Source: an uncultured Aquabacterium sp. (GTDB lineage Bacteria > Pseudomonadota > Gammaproteobacteria > Burkholderiales > Burkholderiaceae_C). Taken from it: a stretch of DNA of 64,000 bases. Location of the stretch: the NCBI GenBank assembly GCA_964453105.1, contig CAYVOP010000002.1, positions 6,321 to 70,320 of the forward strand. The letters run 5' to 3'. Positions 19,765 through 29,338 of this stretch are shown piece by piece. Numbering within the stretch: position 1 is the stretch's first letter; every line of letters starts with the position of its first letter. A program made the position numbers and the translations under genes. Under the pieces are notes generated by a model that was not told where the DNA came from, ran no database searches, and saw nothing but the letters and a program-made list of their open reading frames with translations.

Positions 19765-20688
19765 ATGACATCCCTCAAGACTCTGGTGATCGCTGCGGCT
19801 GTGGCCCTGGCAGGTGGTTCGGCTCAAGCGGTGGGCACTTACGCTGCCACCAAGTACCCCTTTGTGATGGCGCACGGCGCAGCCGGCTTTGACAAGATCG
19901 GCCCCGTTGATTACTGGTACGGCATCACCACCGATCTGCGCAACAACGGCGCCAAGGTGTACACCACGTCCATGTCGGCCATGAATTCGAGCGATGTGCG
20001 CAACGAGCAATTTCTCAATGAGTTCAAGCAGATCATGGCCATCTCGGGCGCAGCCAAATACAACCTGATGGGCCACAGTCATGGCGCCCACTCGATTCGC
20101 TATGTGGCTGCAATCATGCCTGACAAGGTGGCTTCGGTGACCACAGTGGATGGTGTCAACGCTGGTACGCCCGTGGCCGATGTGGTGGCGGGTCTGACCA
20201 ACATCCTGGGCCCATCGGGTACGGTTGTGGTGGGCGCTCTGGTTAACGGCCTGGGCAAGATTGAAGCCTACCTGTCGGGTAACCCCAGCCTGCCGCAAGA
20301 TTCGGTGGCCATGCTGAACTCGCTGACCACCCCTGCGATGGTTGCCTATAACAAGAAGTACCCAGCCGGCGTGCCCAGCACTGCCTGCGGTCAAGGCGCT
20401 GGCGTGGTGAATGGCGTGCGCTACTACTCTTGGGGTGGCGCCTCGGTGTTGACGAACCCGCTGGACCCGCTTGACCTGTTTGTGGCCGCCACATCGGTGG
20501 CCTTCCTGGGTTCTGCCAACGACGGTCTGGTCGGCAAGTGCGCGCAGCACTTGGGCACCGTGATCCGCGATGACTACGACATGAACCACTTTGATGCGGT
20601 GAACCAGGCCATCGGCATCCGTGGCTTCTTTGATCCCGTGCCGCTGTACCGTCAGCATGCCAACCGCCTGAAGCTGGCTGGAGTCTGA
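19765..20688 (+). CDS. Secreted triacylglycerol lipase 2
   Basis: Signal peptide; TKYPFVMAHG, GHSHGA, NDGLV, NHFDAVNQ. Start moved to ATG 19765. Confidence 0.92.
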   Translation: MTSLKTLVIAAAVALAGGSAQAVGTYAATKYPFVMAHGAAGFDKIGPVDYWYGITTDLRNNGAKVYTTSMSAMNSSDVRNEQFLNEFKQIMAISGAAKYNLMGHSHGAHSIRYVAAIMPDKVASVTTVDGVNAGTPVADVVAGLTNILGPSGTVVVGALVNGLGKIEAYLSGNPSLPQDSVAMLNSLTTPAMVAYNKKYPAGVPSTACGQGAGVVNGVRYYSWGGASVLTNPLDPLDLFVAATSVAFLGSANDGLVGKCAQHLGTVIRDDYDMNHFDAVNQAIGIRGFFDPVPLYRQHANRLKLAGV

Positions 20689-20690
20689 AC

Positions 20691-21767
20691 ATGGCAGTCG
20701 GTCGGGTGACAATGAATACCGGCCGCCGGCGCTGGCCTCGCATGCTGTTGGGCGGGGTGGCGCTGGTGATGGTGGGGTGGATGGGCTGGTCCTATCTGAA
20801 CCGAGGCGCGTCCGATGCGAACGAACTGGTCGACAAGCCGCAAGGCATGTCGAGCTGGATGTCGCCTTCTGTTGGCGTCAATGCCGCAGATGCGCCCGTA
20901 CCGACTTTCAAGACTGGGTTGGAGAGCCTGCCGCGCTCTCTGGCTGGCACAGAGGTGGCTGGTGACCTGCGCGAAGATGCGCAGGGTGCTTTGGTGATTG
21001 ATCGGGGTGTGCGCGATGTGTTCGACTACTTCCTGTCGAGCCGTGGCGAACAGGCTGATGCGATCATCGATGCGCGCATTCGTGCCTATGTGAAGAACCG
21101 TCTGGGCAGGCGTGCGGCCCAGCAGGCTTTGGGTTTGTTGGATGCTTATCTGGGCTATTTGCAGCGCCTGGATGTGGCGGCCACGCAGTCTCGTGGCGGG
21201 GCCTCGCTTGATCCGAGCGAACGCTTGACGGCACTGCAACGCTTGCGCGCAGGCAGCTTCACGCCCGACGTGGTGCAAGCCTTCTTTGGCCTGGAGCAGC
21301 TGTACGACCAATACACGGTCGACAAGATTGCCGTATTCAATGACCGAAGCCTGACGCCGGTCCAGAAAACCGAGAAACTCAAGACCTTGCGGCAAGCGCT
21401 GCCCGCCGATCTGCAAGGCAGCCTGGATGCCACCGAGGTGGCCCACAGCTTGGAAGCCGTCACCCAGGAGCTGCGCCAACGAGGGGGCTCGGTCGCCGAA
21501 TTGCGCACCGTGCGCGAAAACCTGGTGGGAGCCGAGGCAGCGGATCGACTGGAAGTGCTGGATCGCGAGAACCAAGCCTGGCAGGCCCGCATTCAAACCT
21601 ATCTGCAAGCCCGCGCAGCCGTTCTGGCTGATGCCACCCTGGCCGAACCGGTGAAGCAGGAGCGCATTCAGGCCCTGATGAAGGCCGGCTTTTCCGCCAG
21701 CGAGCAACTTCGGGTGGAGTCCTACGAGCGCATGTCCGACCAGAAACAATTGGCGCAGCTACCCTGA
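20691..21767 (+). CDS. Lipase-specific foldase (Lif) 2
   Basis: N-terminal TM segment; SLAGTEVAG; RDVFDYFLS; LVGAEAADRLEVLD. Confidence 0.92.
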   Translation: MAVGRVTMNTGRRRWPRMLLGGVALVMVGWMGWSYLNRGASDANELVDKPQGMSSWMSPSVGVNAADAPVPTFKTGLESLPRSLAGTEVAGDLREDAQGALVIDRGVRDVFDYFLSSRGEQADAIIDARIRAYVKNRLGRRAAQQALGLLDAYLGYLQRLDVAATQSRGGASLDPSERLTALQRLRAGSFTPDVVQAFFGLEQLYDQYTVDKIAVFNDRSLTPVQKTEKLKTLRQALPADLQGSLDATEVAHSLEAVTQELRQRGGSVAELRTVRENLVGAEAADRLEVLDRENQAWQARIQTYLQARAAVLADATLAEPVKQERIQALMKAGFSASEQLRVESYERMSDQKQLAQLP

Positions 21768-21779
21768 TCACATGATCGT

Positions 21780-22874
21780 TTGTCTGAACTGACAAGTGGT
21801 TTTTCAGACATTAGGATCGGCCCATCTTTGAGTTTTTCTATGCAGTGCACCGAATTTGCCCACGATCCGTCTGATGGCTACACCGTCAGCGTGGGCTACG
21901 TGCGCGCTTTGATGGAATTCCTGCAGCAGCAGGGCGTGCCAGCCGAGGCGATCTGCCCCTCCGCACAGCGCTTGAAGGAACTGAAAAATCTCGACACCAG
22001 CGCACGCTGCGAAGTTCGCGAGTGGGAAGCCTTGATGGCTGCTGCTGAAACCGCGCTGCAAGATCCCCTTCTGGCCTTGACCATGTCAGCCGAACTCAAA
22101 CCGCGGCATGCTGGGTTACTCGGTTTTTTGGCCATGACCAGCGGCACCTTGCGAGATGTGGGCAGTGTGGTGGTGCGCTTTCACCATCTGCTCAACGATG
22201 TGGAAACCGTCGAGGCTTACCCGGAAGATCAGCATTTCGTGCTCGAGGTTCGCCAGATGACCACTGCGCGTTCGACGCGTCTGACCTTGCTGACCCTGGG
22301 CTCATGGGTTTGGTATGCACGTTGGCTGACCGGGCGCGACGACATGCGTTTTCACATCGATCTGATGCAGTCGGCCCCCCCCGCAATCGACCAGCATTGG
22401 GCGTTCTTTGGGGGCGAGTTGCGGTTCAATCAGCCGCGCAATGCCTTGCGTGGCGATCGCGACTATCTGAAGCTCACCGTCACGCAACAGGAGCCTTTGG
22501 TCAACCGCATCTTGCAGCAACAGGCGCAGGCCCAGTTGGATCGACTGTCCAGTCGTTTGGGCAGTTTTCTGGTGCGCCTTGAGCGCTTGCTCAAAGGCCA
22601 GTTGCATCAAGGGGAAGTCACCTTGGCGGCACTGGCATCCGAATTGAACATGTCGCCGAGAACCTTGCAGAACAGGCTGGAAGCGTCTGGCATGAGTTTT
22701 CGCACTGTGGTAGATCGGGTGCGTCAAAAGCAGGCGGAGTCGTACCTTCGTGAGTCGCGTATGCCCCTCATCGAAATCGCGCTGCTGCTGGGGTTTGCTA
22801 ACCAGACCAGTTTTCATCACGCGTTCAAGCGCTGGACGGGAAAATCTCCCGGCGAATTCCGCCGACAAAGTTGA
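21780..22874 (+). CDS. AraC-family regulator (OruR-like, arabinose_bd_2 N-domain)
   Basis: ASELNMSPRTLQNRL and IALLLGFANQTSFHHAFKRWTGKSPGEFR. Start may be ATG 21840. Confidence 0.92.
   Translation: MSELTSGFSDIRIGPSLSFSMQCTEFAHDPSDGYTVSVGYVRALMEFLQQQGVPAEAICPSAQRLKELKNLDTSARCEVREWEALMAAAETALQDPLLALTMSAELKPRHAGLLGFLAMTSGTLRDVGSVVVRFHHLLNDVETVEAYPEDQHFVLEVRQMTTARSTRLTLLTLGSWVWYARWLTGRDDMRFHIDLMQSAPPAIDQHWAFFGGELRFNQPRNALRGDRDYLKLTVTQQEPLVNRILQQQAQAQLDRLSSRLGSFLVRLERLLKGQLHQGEVTLAALASELNMSPRTLQNRLEASGMSFRTVVDRVRQKQAESYLRESRMPLIEIALLLGFANQTSFHHAFKRWTGKSPGEFRRQS
21781..21810. repeat. Perfect 8-bp inverted repeat TGTCTGAA-N14-TTCAGACA
   Basis: Seen directly between foldase 2 and the AraC coding region. 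Confidence 0.6.
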
Positions 22875-24752
22875 GTGTCGGCTTATGATTTGCCGATGAT
22901 CTCGGTGCTCAGGCTTGTTCCCAGGCTGGCGCGTTTTGGCGCCATCGTACTGATCCTGCTACTCGGTGTGGTGACCGGCGCTCGTGCCGTGCCCATCGAA
23001 GTGGCCATGGGCGGCGCCGAGCGTCAGATCAATCTGGGCATGAACAGCCAGTTGTTCGAAGACACGACAGGCTCCTTGGCTTTGGCCGATGTCATCCAGC
23101 GTGACCGCGACTGGACCGCGTACCACAGCGACAGCTACAACCTCGGTTTCTCGCGTTCGACCTGGTGGGTTCGCATGCGCGTCAACTACCGGGGCGATTT
23201 GCCTGTTCGGCGCATTTTGGAAGTGGCCTCAGCCCTTCAAGATGAGGTTGATTTCTACGTGCTCAAGCCCGATGGCACGGTGCTGCAAAGCGTGCAGACC
23301 GGCGACCGCAGGCCATTCGGCAACCGCCCCATTCACAGCCGGGTCCCTACTTTCCAGATCGATTTCGCGCCCAATCAGGTCCTGGACATCTATGTGCGGC
23401 TGGGCAGCCACGACGGCTTGCAGGAAGCCGGTTCGTTCAAGCTGTGGCAGCCCGACGCGCACGTGCAGTCGGTGCAGGCCGAAACCCTGGCCTTCGGTCT
23501 GTACTACGGTACCTTGGGCACCGTGCTGCTGTATCACCTGTTCCTGTTCCTGTCGACGCGGCAGCGTTCCTTCGGGTGGTACTGCGCTTACGTGTCGGCC
23601 TTCTTGTTCTGGAGCTTTGCCTTCCGGGGCTATGCCTTCCAGTACTGGTGGCCAGAATCGCCGAATTTCAACAACCAGATCCTGCCCATTGCCGCAGCGG
23701 CTTGCTATGCGTTTTTCGGCATGTTCATGGTGTCGTATCTGCAAACTGCGAAGCGCGTGCCTCGTTTGATGCATCGGATCATGCTGTCGTCGGTCGTGGG
23801 CAGCGTGATCTGCGTGTCACCTGCCTTGTGGGACCACTATGCCTTGTCATTTGCGCTGAGCATTCCATTCGGGGTGGTCCAGATCGTGATGGCCTTGCTT
23901 GTTGGGGCCTGGCTGGCTTCGAGTGGGTATCGGCCTGCCCGCTACTTCATCATCGCCTTTTTCATGCTGGCGGTGGGCGTGGTGCTGTACTACATGCGGG
24001 TGTTGGGCGTGGTGCCATCCAACATCGTCACGGAAAACTTCCTGCAGATTGGTTCGGCGGCCGAGGTGCTGTTGTTGGCATTTGGCCTGGCGGATCGCAT
24101 GAACACCATGCGCGCAGAGAAGCTGGAGGCCGAGCGTCAGGCCTTGGCCGCACAAGCTGCCCTGACCACCGAACTGGAAAGCCTGGTGCAACGCCGCACG
24201 CGGGCCCTGGAGTCAGCCAACCAGCGTCTGGCGGCCATGGCCATCACCGATGAATTGACGGGGGTGTACAACCGGCGGCATTTCAACAGCGTTCTGCAAG
24301 CCGAGGTGGCGCGGCACAAGCGGCATCACAGTCCCTTGGTGTTGTGCATGCTCGACATCGATGAGTTCAAACGCTACAACGACCGCTACGGGCATCTGGC
24401 CGGCGATCGCGTGTTGCAGCAGGTGGCTCAGACCGTGAAAGCGCACCTGCAGCGGGCGGGCGACCAGTTCTTCCGACTGGGGGGCCAAGAGTTTGCCCTG
24501 ATCCTCAATGTCAATGAGCCCATCGAGCGCGCGCAAGAGTTTGTCGAGCGCATCCGTGCCGATCTCGAAGCCCAGGCCATCGAGCATGACAAGTCAGCAC
24601 GCGGCGTGATCACTTGCAGTTTTGGCCTGTTGTGGGTGTTGCCGGGTTCGTCTTTGGCTCGGGCTGAAGATGTTTATGCCGCGGCCGATGCCTTGCTGTA
24701 TCAAGCCAAGGCAGAAGGCCGAAACCGAGTGGTGTCTCAGCAGGCGTCTTGA
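22875..24752 (+). CDS. 7TMR-DISMED2 / 7TM-DISM / GGDEF protein with a degenerate GGQEF site
   Basis: Periplasmic DISM domain; 7 TM segments; TDELTGVYNRR, DIDEFKRYNDRYGHLAGD, RAGD-x5-GGQEF. Confidence 0.9.
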   Translation: MSAYDLPMISVLRLVPRLARFGAIVLILLLGVVTGARAVPIEVAMGGAERQINLGMNSQLFEDTTGSLALADVIQRDRDWTAYHSDSYNLGFSRSTWWVRMRVNYRGDLPVRRILEVASALQDEVDFYVLKPDGTVLQSVQTGDRRPFGNRPIHSRVPTFQIDFAPNQVLDIYVRLGSHDGLQEAGSFKLWQPDAHVQSVQAETLAFGLYYGTLGTVLLYHLFLFLSTRQRSFGWYCAYVSAFLFWSFAFRGYAFQYWWPESPNFNNQILPIAAAACYAFFGMFMVSYLQTAKRVPRLMHRIMLSSVVGSVICVSPALWDHYALSFALSIPFGVVQIVMALLVGAWLASSGYRPARYFIIAFFMLAVGVVLYYMRVLGVVPSNIVTENFLQIGSAAEVLLLAFGLADRMNTMRAEKLEAERQALAAQAALTTELESLVQRRTRALESANQRLAAMAITDELTGVYNRRHFNSVLQAEVARHKRHHSPLVLCMLDIDEFKRYNDRYGHLAGDRVLQQVAQTVKAHLQRAGDQFFRLGGQEFALILNVNEPIERAQEFVERIRADLEAQAIEHDKSARGVITCSFGLLWVLPGSSLARAEDVYAAADALLYQAKAEGRNRVVSQQAS

Positions 24753-24759
24753 CTGGGCG

Positions 24760-25668
24760 TCAGCGCGACTGCGTGGCGTTGCTCAATTCGCGTTGCGACT
24801 GCAGCATGCCGTAAGCGGGTACCACTTCGCCATGCCGATCATGAACCTGATCCAGTTCGGCGTGTAGCATCTCGGCCGCATCGGGGCGCGCCCCCAGGTA
24901 GAGGCCCTCGGTCAAGGTCACGTGGGCGGCAGCAAACGTGCCGGCGCCAGCGCAGAGTATGGTGCGGCTGGGGGCTTCGTCGCCAACCAGCATCAGCAAG
25001 CCCGGTGTAACCCGCTCGGGTTGGAATTGGGCCAGCACCTCAGGCGTGAGAATGCCCTCGGTCATTTGCGTGGCCGCGGTGGGGGCCAGGCAGTTCACCC
25101 GGATGTTGGCTTTCTCGCCTTCCAGTGACAAGGTCTGCATCAAGCCGACCAGGGCCATTTTGGCGGCACCATAGTTGGCCTGGCCAAAGTTGCCGAACAG
25201 GCCGGACGACGAGGTGGTGAACACGATGCGGCCAAACTGCTGGGTCTTCATCGTTTCCCACACGGCCTTGGTGCAGTTCACCGCCCCCATCAGATGCACG
25301 TCTACGACGAGGCGGAAATCATCGAGCGACATTTTCGAGAAGCTCTTGTCTCGCAAGATGCCGGCGTTGTTGACCAAGATGTCGATGCGGCCCCAGCGGG
25401 CCACAGCTTCATTGGCCATGCGCTGCATGGCCTCGGCATCGGTGACCGAGCCTGCAAAGCCCATGGCTTGCCCGCCTGCCGCCACGATCTCATCGACCAC
25501 CGCTTGGGGGTTGCCCATGTCATTGACCACCACCTTGGCGCCACGTGCGGCGAGCGCCAGGGCGTGCGCGCGGCCCAGCCCTGCGCCTGCACCCGTCACG
25601 ATGGCCACCCGGTTGTCGAATCGAAGGGGGGAAGAGGTCGATGTGGGCTGGCTCATGGTGTTCGGCAT
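24760..25668 (-). CDS. SDR-family dehydrogenase (MFE-2-like 3-hydroxyacyl-CoA dehydrogenase)
   Basis: TGAGAGLG, NNAGILRD, GNFGQANYGAAK. Confidence 0.9.
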   Translation of the reverse strand: MPNTMSQPTSTSSPLRFDNRVAIVTGAGAGLGRAHALALAARGAKVVVNDMGNPQAVVDEIVAAGGQAMGFAGSVTDAEAMQRMANEAVARWGRIDILVNNAGILRDKSFSKMSLDDFRLVVDVHLMGAVNCTKAVWETMKTQQFGRIVFTTSSSGLFGNFGQANYGAAKMALVGLMQTLSLEGEKANIRVNCLAPTAATQMTEGILTPEVLAQFQPERVTPGLLMLVGDEAPSRTILCAGAGTFAAAHVTLTEGLYLGARPDAAEMLHAELDQVHDRHGEVVPAYGMLQSQRELSNATQSR

Positions 25669-25803
25669 GGGTTTGAGTGTCGGCTGTTTGGCCGATCCCC
25701 CTTTGGTGGGTGGCCGTCGTCACAGTTTGCTTACGTTCGAACGATATCATCCGCCCCGGACCGTCTCGGTTCCAACCCAATATCAAATCAGAGAGGAAAT
25801 CAC

Positions 25804-26820
25804 ATGAACCCCATTCGCGTCCTGTGCGCGCGCCGCGCCCAATACCTGGCTCTGACCTTCGTGTCGGCCGCCGCCCTGACCGCATGTGGTGGTGGCGGTG
25901 GCGACAAAGACACCCCAGCACAGGCGTCGTCGCTGCAGCGCTTTGTCATCAACGAAGGCAACTACAAAGATGTGATCAGCACCTCGGGTGCCGCCACCAT
26001 GCAAGCCACGCAGCCTAGCGGCACAGCGTCGCTGGTGGGTGTGCAGGCCCGCACCGGCAACTGGATGAGCTGGGTGCAGGCCGTGATTGATCAGGTGCGT
26101 GCCACGCCTGCAGTTGAACGCTCTTTGGTGGGTGTGGAACAGTCGATCCCTTGTGCTTCAGGTTCGGGTACGGTGGTCTATACCGATGCCAACAAGAACG
26201 ACAAGGTCGATGGCGGCGATGTGTTCCAAGCCGACTTCCGTGCTTGCCAGGCGCAAGATGGTTCGGGCAAGTACGACGGCAAGTTTGTCATGACAGTGCA
26301 AAACGTCACCGGCAACACAGAAGGTCACGCAGCGAAGCTGGCTTTCACTTCGCTGAAGGTTGAGCAGGCCGAATTCAAGGGCACCATCGACGGCAACATG
26401 TTGCTGGTGACCACCTCGGATCTGGTCATGATCAATGCGCCCGAGTTGAAGCTGGCCACGTCTGCGGCTGGCGCGGCCGTGGTGGAGTCGTGGAGCAACT
26501 TCCAGTTCTCGGTCGAAGCGGCCAACGGCGGTTTCTCTGCTGGTTCGAAAATGACTTTCTCTGGCGCCTTGACCAGCAGCGAGTTGGGTAACAAGCTAGT
26601 CGACATCAGCACGCCCGCCGCCTTGGTTTTTGAAGGTGAATCCGAGTCGCCCAGCACGGGCTCGATTCTGGTGACCGGTGCCAATGGCTCGACCGCCAGC
26701 GTGACGGTGACCAGCTCGACCGCGATCGTTTTGGCTGTTGACGCCAATGGCGATGGCAAGTCGGAGCAGTCCAGCACCACGACCTGGAAAGATTTCCTGG
26801 GCGGCGCAGCACCCCTGTGA
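25804..26820 (+). CDS. Hypothetical beta-rich lipoprotein
   Basis: Lipobox LTAC followed by GGGGG; AGAGG RBS; Thr/Ser/Gly-rich; D-x-N-x-D motifs. Confidence 0.75.
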   Translation: MNPIRVLCARRAQYLALTFVSAAALTACGGGGGDKDTPAQASSLQRFVINEGNYKDVISTSGAATMQATQPSGTASLVGVQARTGNWMSWVQAVIDQVRATPAVERSLVGVEQSIPCASGSGTVVYTDANKNDKVDGGDVFQADFRACQAQDGSGKYDGKFVMTVQNVTGNTEGHAAKLAFTSLKVEQAEFKGTIDGNMLLVTTSDLVMINAPELKLATSAAGAAVVESWSNFQFSVEAANGGFSAGSKMTFSGALTSSELGNKLVDISTPAALVFEGESESPSTGSILVTGANGSTASVTVTSSTAIVLAVDANGDGKSEQSSTTTWKDFLGGAAPL

Positions 26821-27680
26821 AGTTGGTTCGTTTGCCTTTGAAGCAAACAAGCGCGCGGGGCTGCCTGATGGCGGCCCTGCCGCTTTTTGGGGCATCTGTG
26901 GTGACAAGTTGCGCGCAGGCTCAGGTGCATGCCCCATCGGGGTGGGCGCTGGAGGCCGCGCCTGTGGCGTACAGCAGCCATTGGCGTGAGTTTGATGCGC
27001 AGGGGGCTCGCCTTTTGCGCGAAGACGGTTTGCTGCGTGGTGGGGTCGTCAAGGCTCGGGTCGATTGGCTGGGGGCACATTGGTTTGTGGCTGGGCAAGC
27101 TGTTTCGGGACAGCGCCGCTACGACGGGCAAGACAACGCTGGCATGCCTGCGCAAACCGATGTCCAGGTGAACGTGCGCCAGTGGCAGGTCGGTGGCCAA
27201 TACCAGTGGCCCACTGGCTGGTTGGTGGGCTGGGAGGCCCAGTCTCGGCATCAGAAGCGCGAGTTGCTCAGCATTGCGGGGGGAGCTCAAGGCTATGTCG
27301 AGCGGTGGCGTGGCGACATGGCTTGGTTGCGTCTGGGGTATGCGCAACGTTGTGGGGCGGGGCAGGCCTACCTGTCGTGGGCCCTGGCCCCTTGGTCGCG
27401 AACCACGCTCGATCTAGCCATGCCGGGCCATGACCCGGCACGCCTCAGGCCTGAACTGGATCAAGCGATGCAACTGCAGGCCGGTTGGCGTAGTGAGCCC
27501 ATGCCGGGCGGATGGGTGGGGTGGCGGTGGGGCATTCAGGGCGAACTGGAGCAGCGTCGTTTTGATCGCAGCGAGGCCGTCCCGCTCAAGCGCAATGGCC
27601 GACTGATCGGAGTGGTCAGGCAGCCGCAGACGGAAGAAGTGGGCACTTCGGTTGCGCTGCAACTGAGTCATCACTGGTAA
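26817..27680 (+). CDS. Hypothetical outer-membrane beta-barrel protein
   Basis: Signal-like N-terminus; alternating aromatic strands; C-terminal aromatic residue (LQLSHHW); overlaps the lipoprotein stop. Confidence 0.55.
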   Translation: MKLVRLPLKQTSARGCLMAALPLFGASVVTSCAQAQVHAPSGWALEAAPVAYSSHWREFDAQGARLLREDGLLRGGVVKARVDWLGAHWFVAGQAVSGQRRYDGQDNAGMPAQTDVQVNVRQWQVGGQYQWPTGWLVGWEAQSRHQKRELLSIAGGAQGYVERWRGDMAWLRLGYAQRCGAGQAYLSWALAPWSRTTLDLAMPGHDPARLRPELDQAMQLQAGWRSEPMPGGWVGWRWGIQGELEQRRFDRSEAVPLKRNGRLIGVVRQPQTEEVGTSVALQLSHHW

Positions 27681-27702
27681 CGAAGCACGCCACAATGGCG
27701 GC

Positions 27703-28632
27703 ATGCAGACCCATTCTTTGACGGCGCGGCTTGCTCCGGCTCGGCCGCCATTCCTGTTGTTGGCGCTGGCTTGTGTCGGGCTGGGTGTGGCTCTAGCCTG
27801 GCAACTGGGGTGGAACGCACGCACCATCTGGGTCGATGGGGCGTTGGCCTTGATCGGTGGGGTGGCTGCACATGTCGCAGTCAACGCCCTCAATGAATAC
27901 CTTGATTTCCGATCTGGGCTTGATCTCATCACGCAGCGCACGCCGTTCAGTGGGGGCAGCGGGGCCTTGCCGGCGCATCCACAATTGGCCACCTATGCCC
28001 TGCGCATGGGGCTAGTGGCTGTGGCGGTGACGGTGTGCATCGGGGGCGTTTTCATGTGGTTGCATCCCGATCGCTTGCCTTTGTTGTTGCCCATCGGGCT
28101 GTTGGGGCTGGTTTTGGTGGTGTCTTACACGCCCTGGATTACTCGGCATCCCTTGCTGTGCCTCGTGGCGCCGGGCCTGGGCTTTGGTCCCGTCATGGTC
28201 TTGGGCACCTTGGTGGCTTTGACGGGGCGCGTGTCCTGGCCAGCCGTGGCGCTGAGTTTGGTGCCATTTTTTCTGACTAACAACCTGCTCTTGCTCAATC
28301 AGTTTCCTGATGTCGAGGCCGACCAGCGGGTGGGGCGTCGAACTGGGCCCATGGTCTGGGGGCTGCGAACGTCTGTCAATGTGATGGGCCTGCAATGGGC
28401 CTTGGCAGGAGGTGTGTTGGTCGTCCTGCTCGTGAGCGGGCGTATGCCGGGGGTGACTGCTTTGGGGTGGGCCATGTTGGCCGCCTTGTGCCTGTGGCTG
28501 GTTTGGGTTTGGCGCATGCTTTGGCGCCATGCAGAGGCGCCATCGTCTCCGGTTCCTCCGTGCATGGCCGCGAATGTCGGGCTGAGCGTGGGCCTGCCGT
28601 TGGTGATCGCGGCTTTCTGCTTGGTGGGGTAA
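27703..28632 (+). CDS. UbiA-superfamily prenyltransferase (MenA-like)
   Basis: NALNEYLDFRSGLD and NQFPDVEAD...GRRT; multiple TM segments. Confidence 0.85.
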   Translation: MQTHSLTARLAPARPPFLLLALACVGLGVALAWQLGWNARTIWVDGALALIGGVAAHVAVNALNEYLDFRSGLDLITQRTPFSGGSGALPAHPQLATYALRMGLVAVAVTVCIGGVFMWLHPDRLPLLLPIGLLGLVLVVSYTPWITRHPLLCLVAPGLGFGPVMVLGTLVALTGRVSWPAVALSLVPFFLTNNLLLLNQFPDVEADQRVGRRTGPMVWGLRTSVNVMGLQWALAGGVLVVLLVSGRMPGVTALGWAMLAALCLWLVWVWRMLWRHAEAPSSPVPPCMAANVGLSVGLPLVIAAFCLVG

Positions 28633-28654
28633 AACCCCTTCAATCTTGTGGGTT

Positions 28655-28672
28655 AAGACGACTGGTCATATT
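28655..28672. promoter_or_regulatory. Imperfect palindrome AAGACGACTGGTCATATT, putative NemR-type operator
   Basis: 12/18 self-complementary positions; GAC-TG-GTC core; immediately upstream of the TetR start. Confidence 0.55.
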
Positions 28673-28680
28673 ATGTCGTC

Positions 28681-29286
28681 ATGCCACGCACCGCCGACAA
28701 AACCGACATTCCCCAGCGCCTGACCGACGCGGGCTATTTGCTGTTTACCCGCCTGGGCTACAACGCCACCGGCATTCAGCAAATTGCCGACGAGGCAGGG
28801 GTGCCCAAGGGGTCGTTCTACAACCATTTCGACAGCAAGGAAGCGTTTGCGGCGGTCATCATCCGCCAGTACACCGACTGGGTACACGCTTCCTGGGCGC
28901 AATGCGTCAGCGATGCGCCGTGCTTGCCTCAGGACGATGCCCTGGGCGTGATGCGATACGTCTTTGGGCGCTTCGTTCGCCACCACGAGCAAGCCGCTTG
29001 CCCTGGGTGCCTGGTGGGCAACTTCGCCGCTGAAGTGGCCGAGTCCAGCCCGACTTGTCGCGCGGTGCTGGACGCATCGATGCGCGAATGGCGAACCCTG
29101 CTGGGCGAGCTGATTGGCCAGGCGCAGCAGCAAGGGCAGATCCGAAGCGACCGCAGCGCGTCTGAACTGGCGGCCTTCTTCTGGGATGTCTGGGAAGGGG
29201 CTTTGCTGCGCATGAAGATTGAACACACCTCCCAACCGCTCAAAGACGCGGTCCAGTTGATGCTGGATCACTTTCTGCGTCCTTGA
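28681..29286 (+). CDS. nemR: NemR-like TetR regulator
   Basis: TetR HTH (GVPKGSFYNHF); GCLVGN cysteine motif; adjacent to an OYE gene. Confidence 0.75.
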   Translation: MPRTADKTDIPQRLTDAGYLLFTRLGYNATGIQQIADEAGVPKGSFYNHFDSKEAFAAVIIRQYTDWVHASWAQCVSDAPCLPQDDALGVMRYVFGRFVRHHEQAACPGCLVGNFAAEVAESSPTCRAVLDASMREWRTLLGELIGQAQQQGQIRSDRSASELAAFFWDVWEGALLRMKIEHTSQPLKDAVQLMLDHFLRP

Positions 29287-29338
29287 GTCTTTCCTCTCAA
29301 CCGTTTCCTTTCAACCGCTCACTGTCTGGAGAAACCAC

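Noticed and set aside
25294-26820. 508-aa version of the lipoprotein ORF
   Set aside because: The N-terminal 170 aa overlap the SDR gene on the opposite strand. The RBS and lipoprotein signal support ATG 25804.
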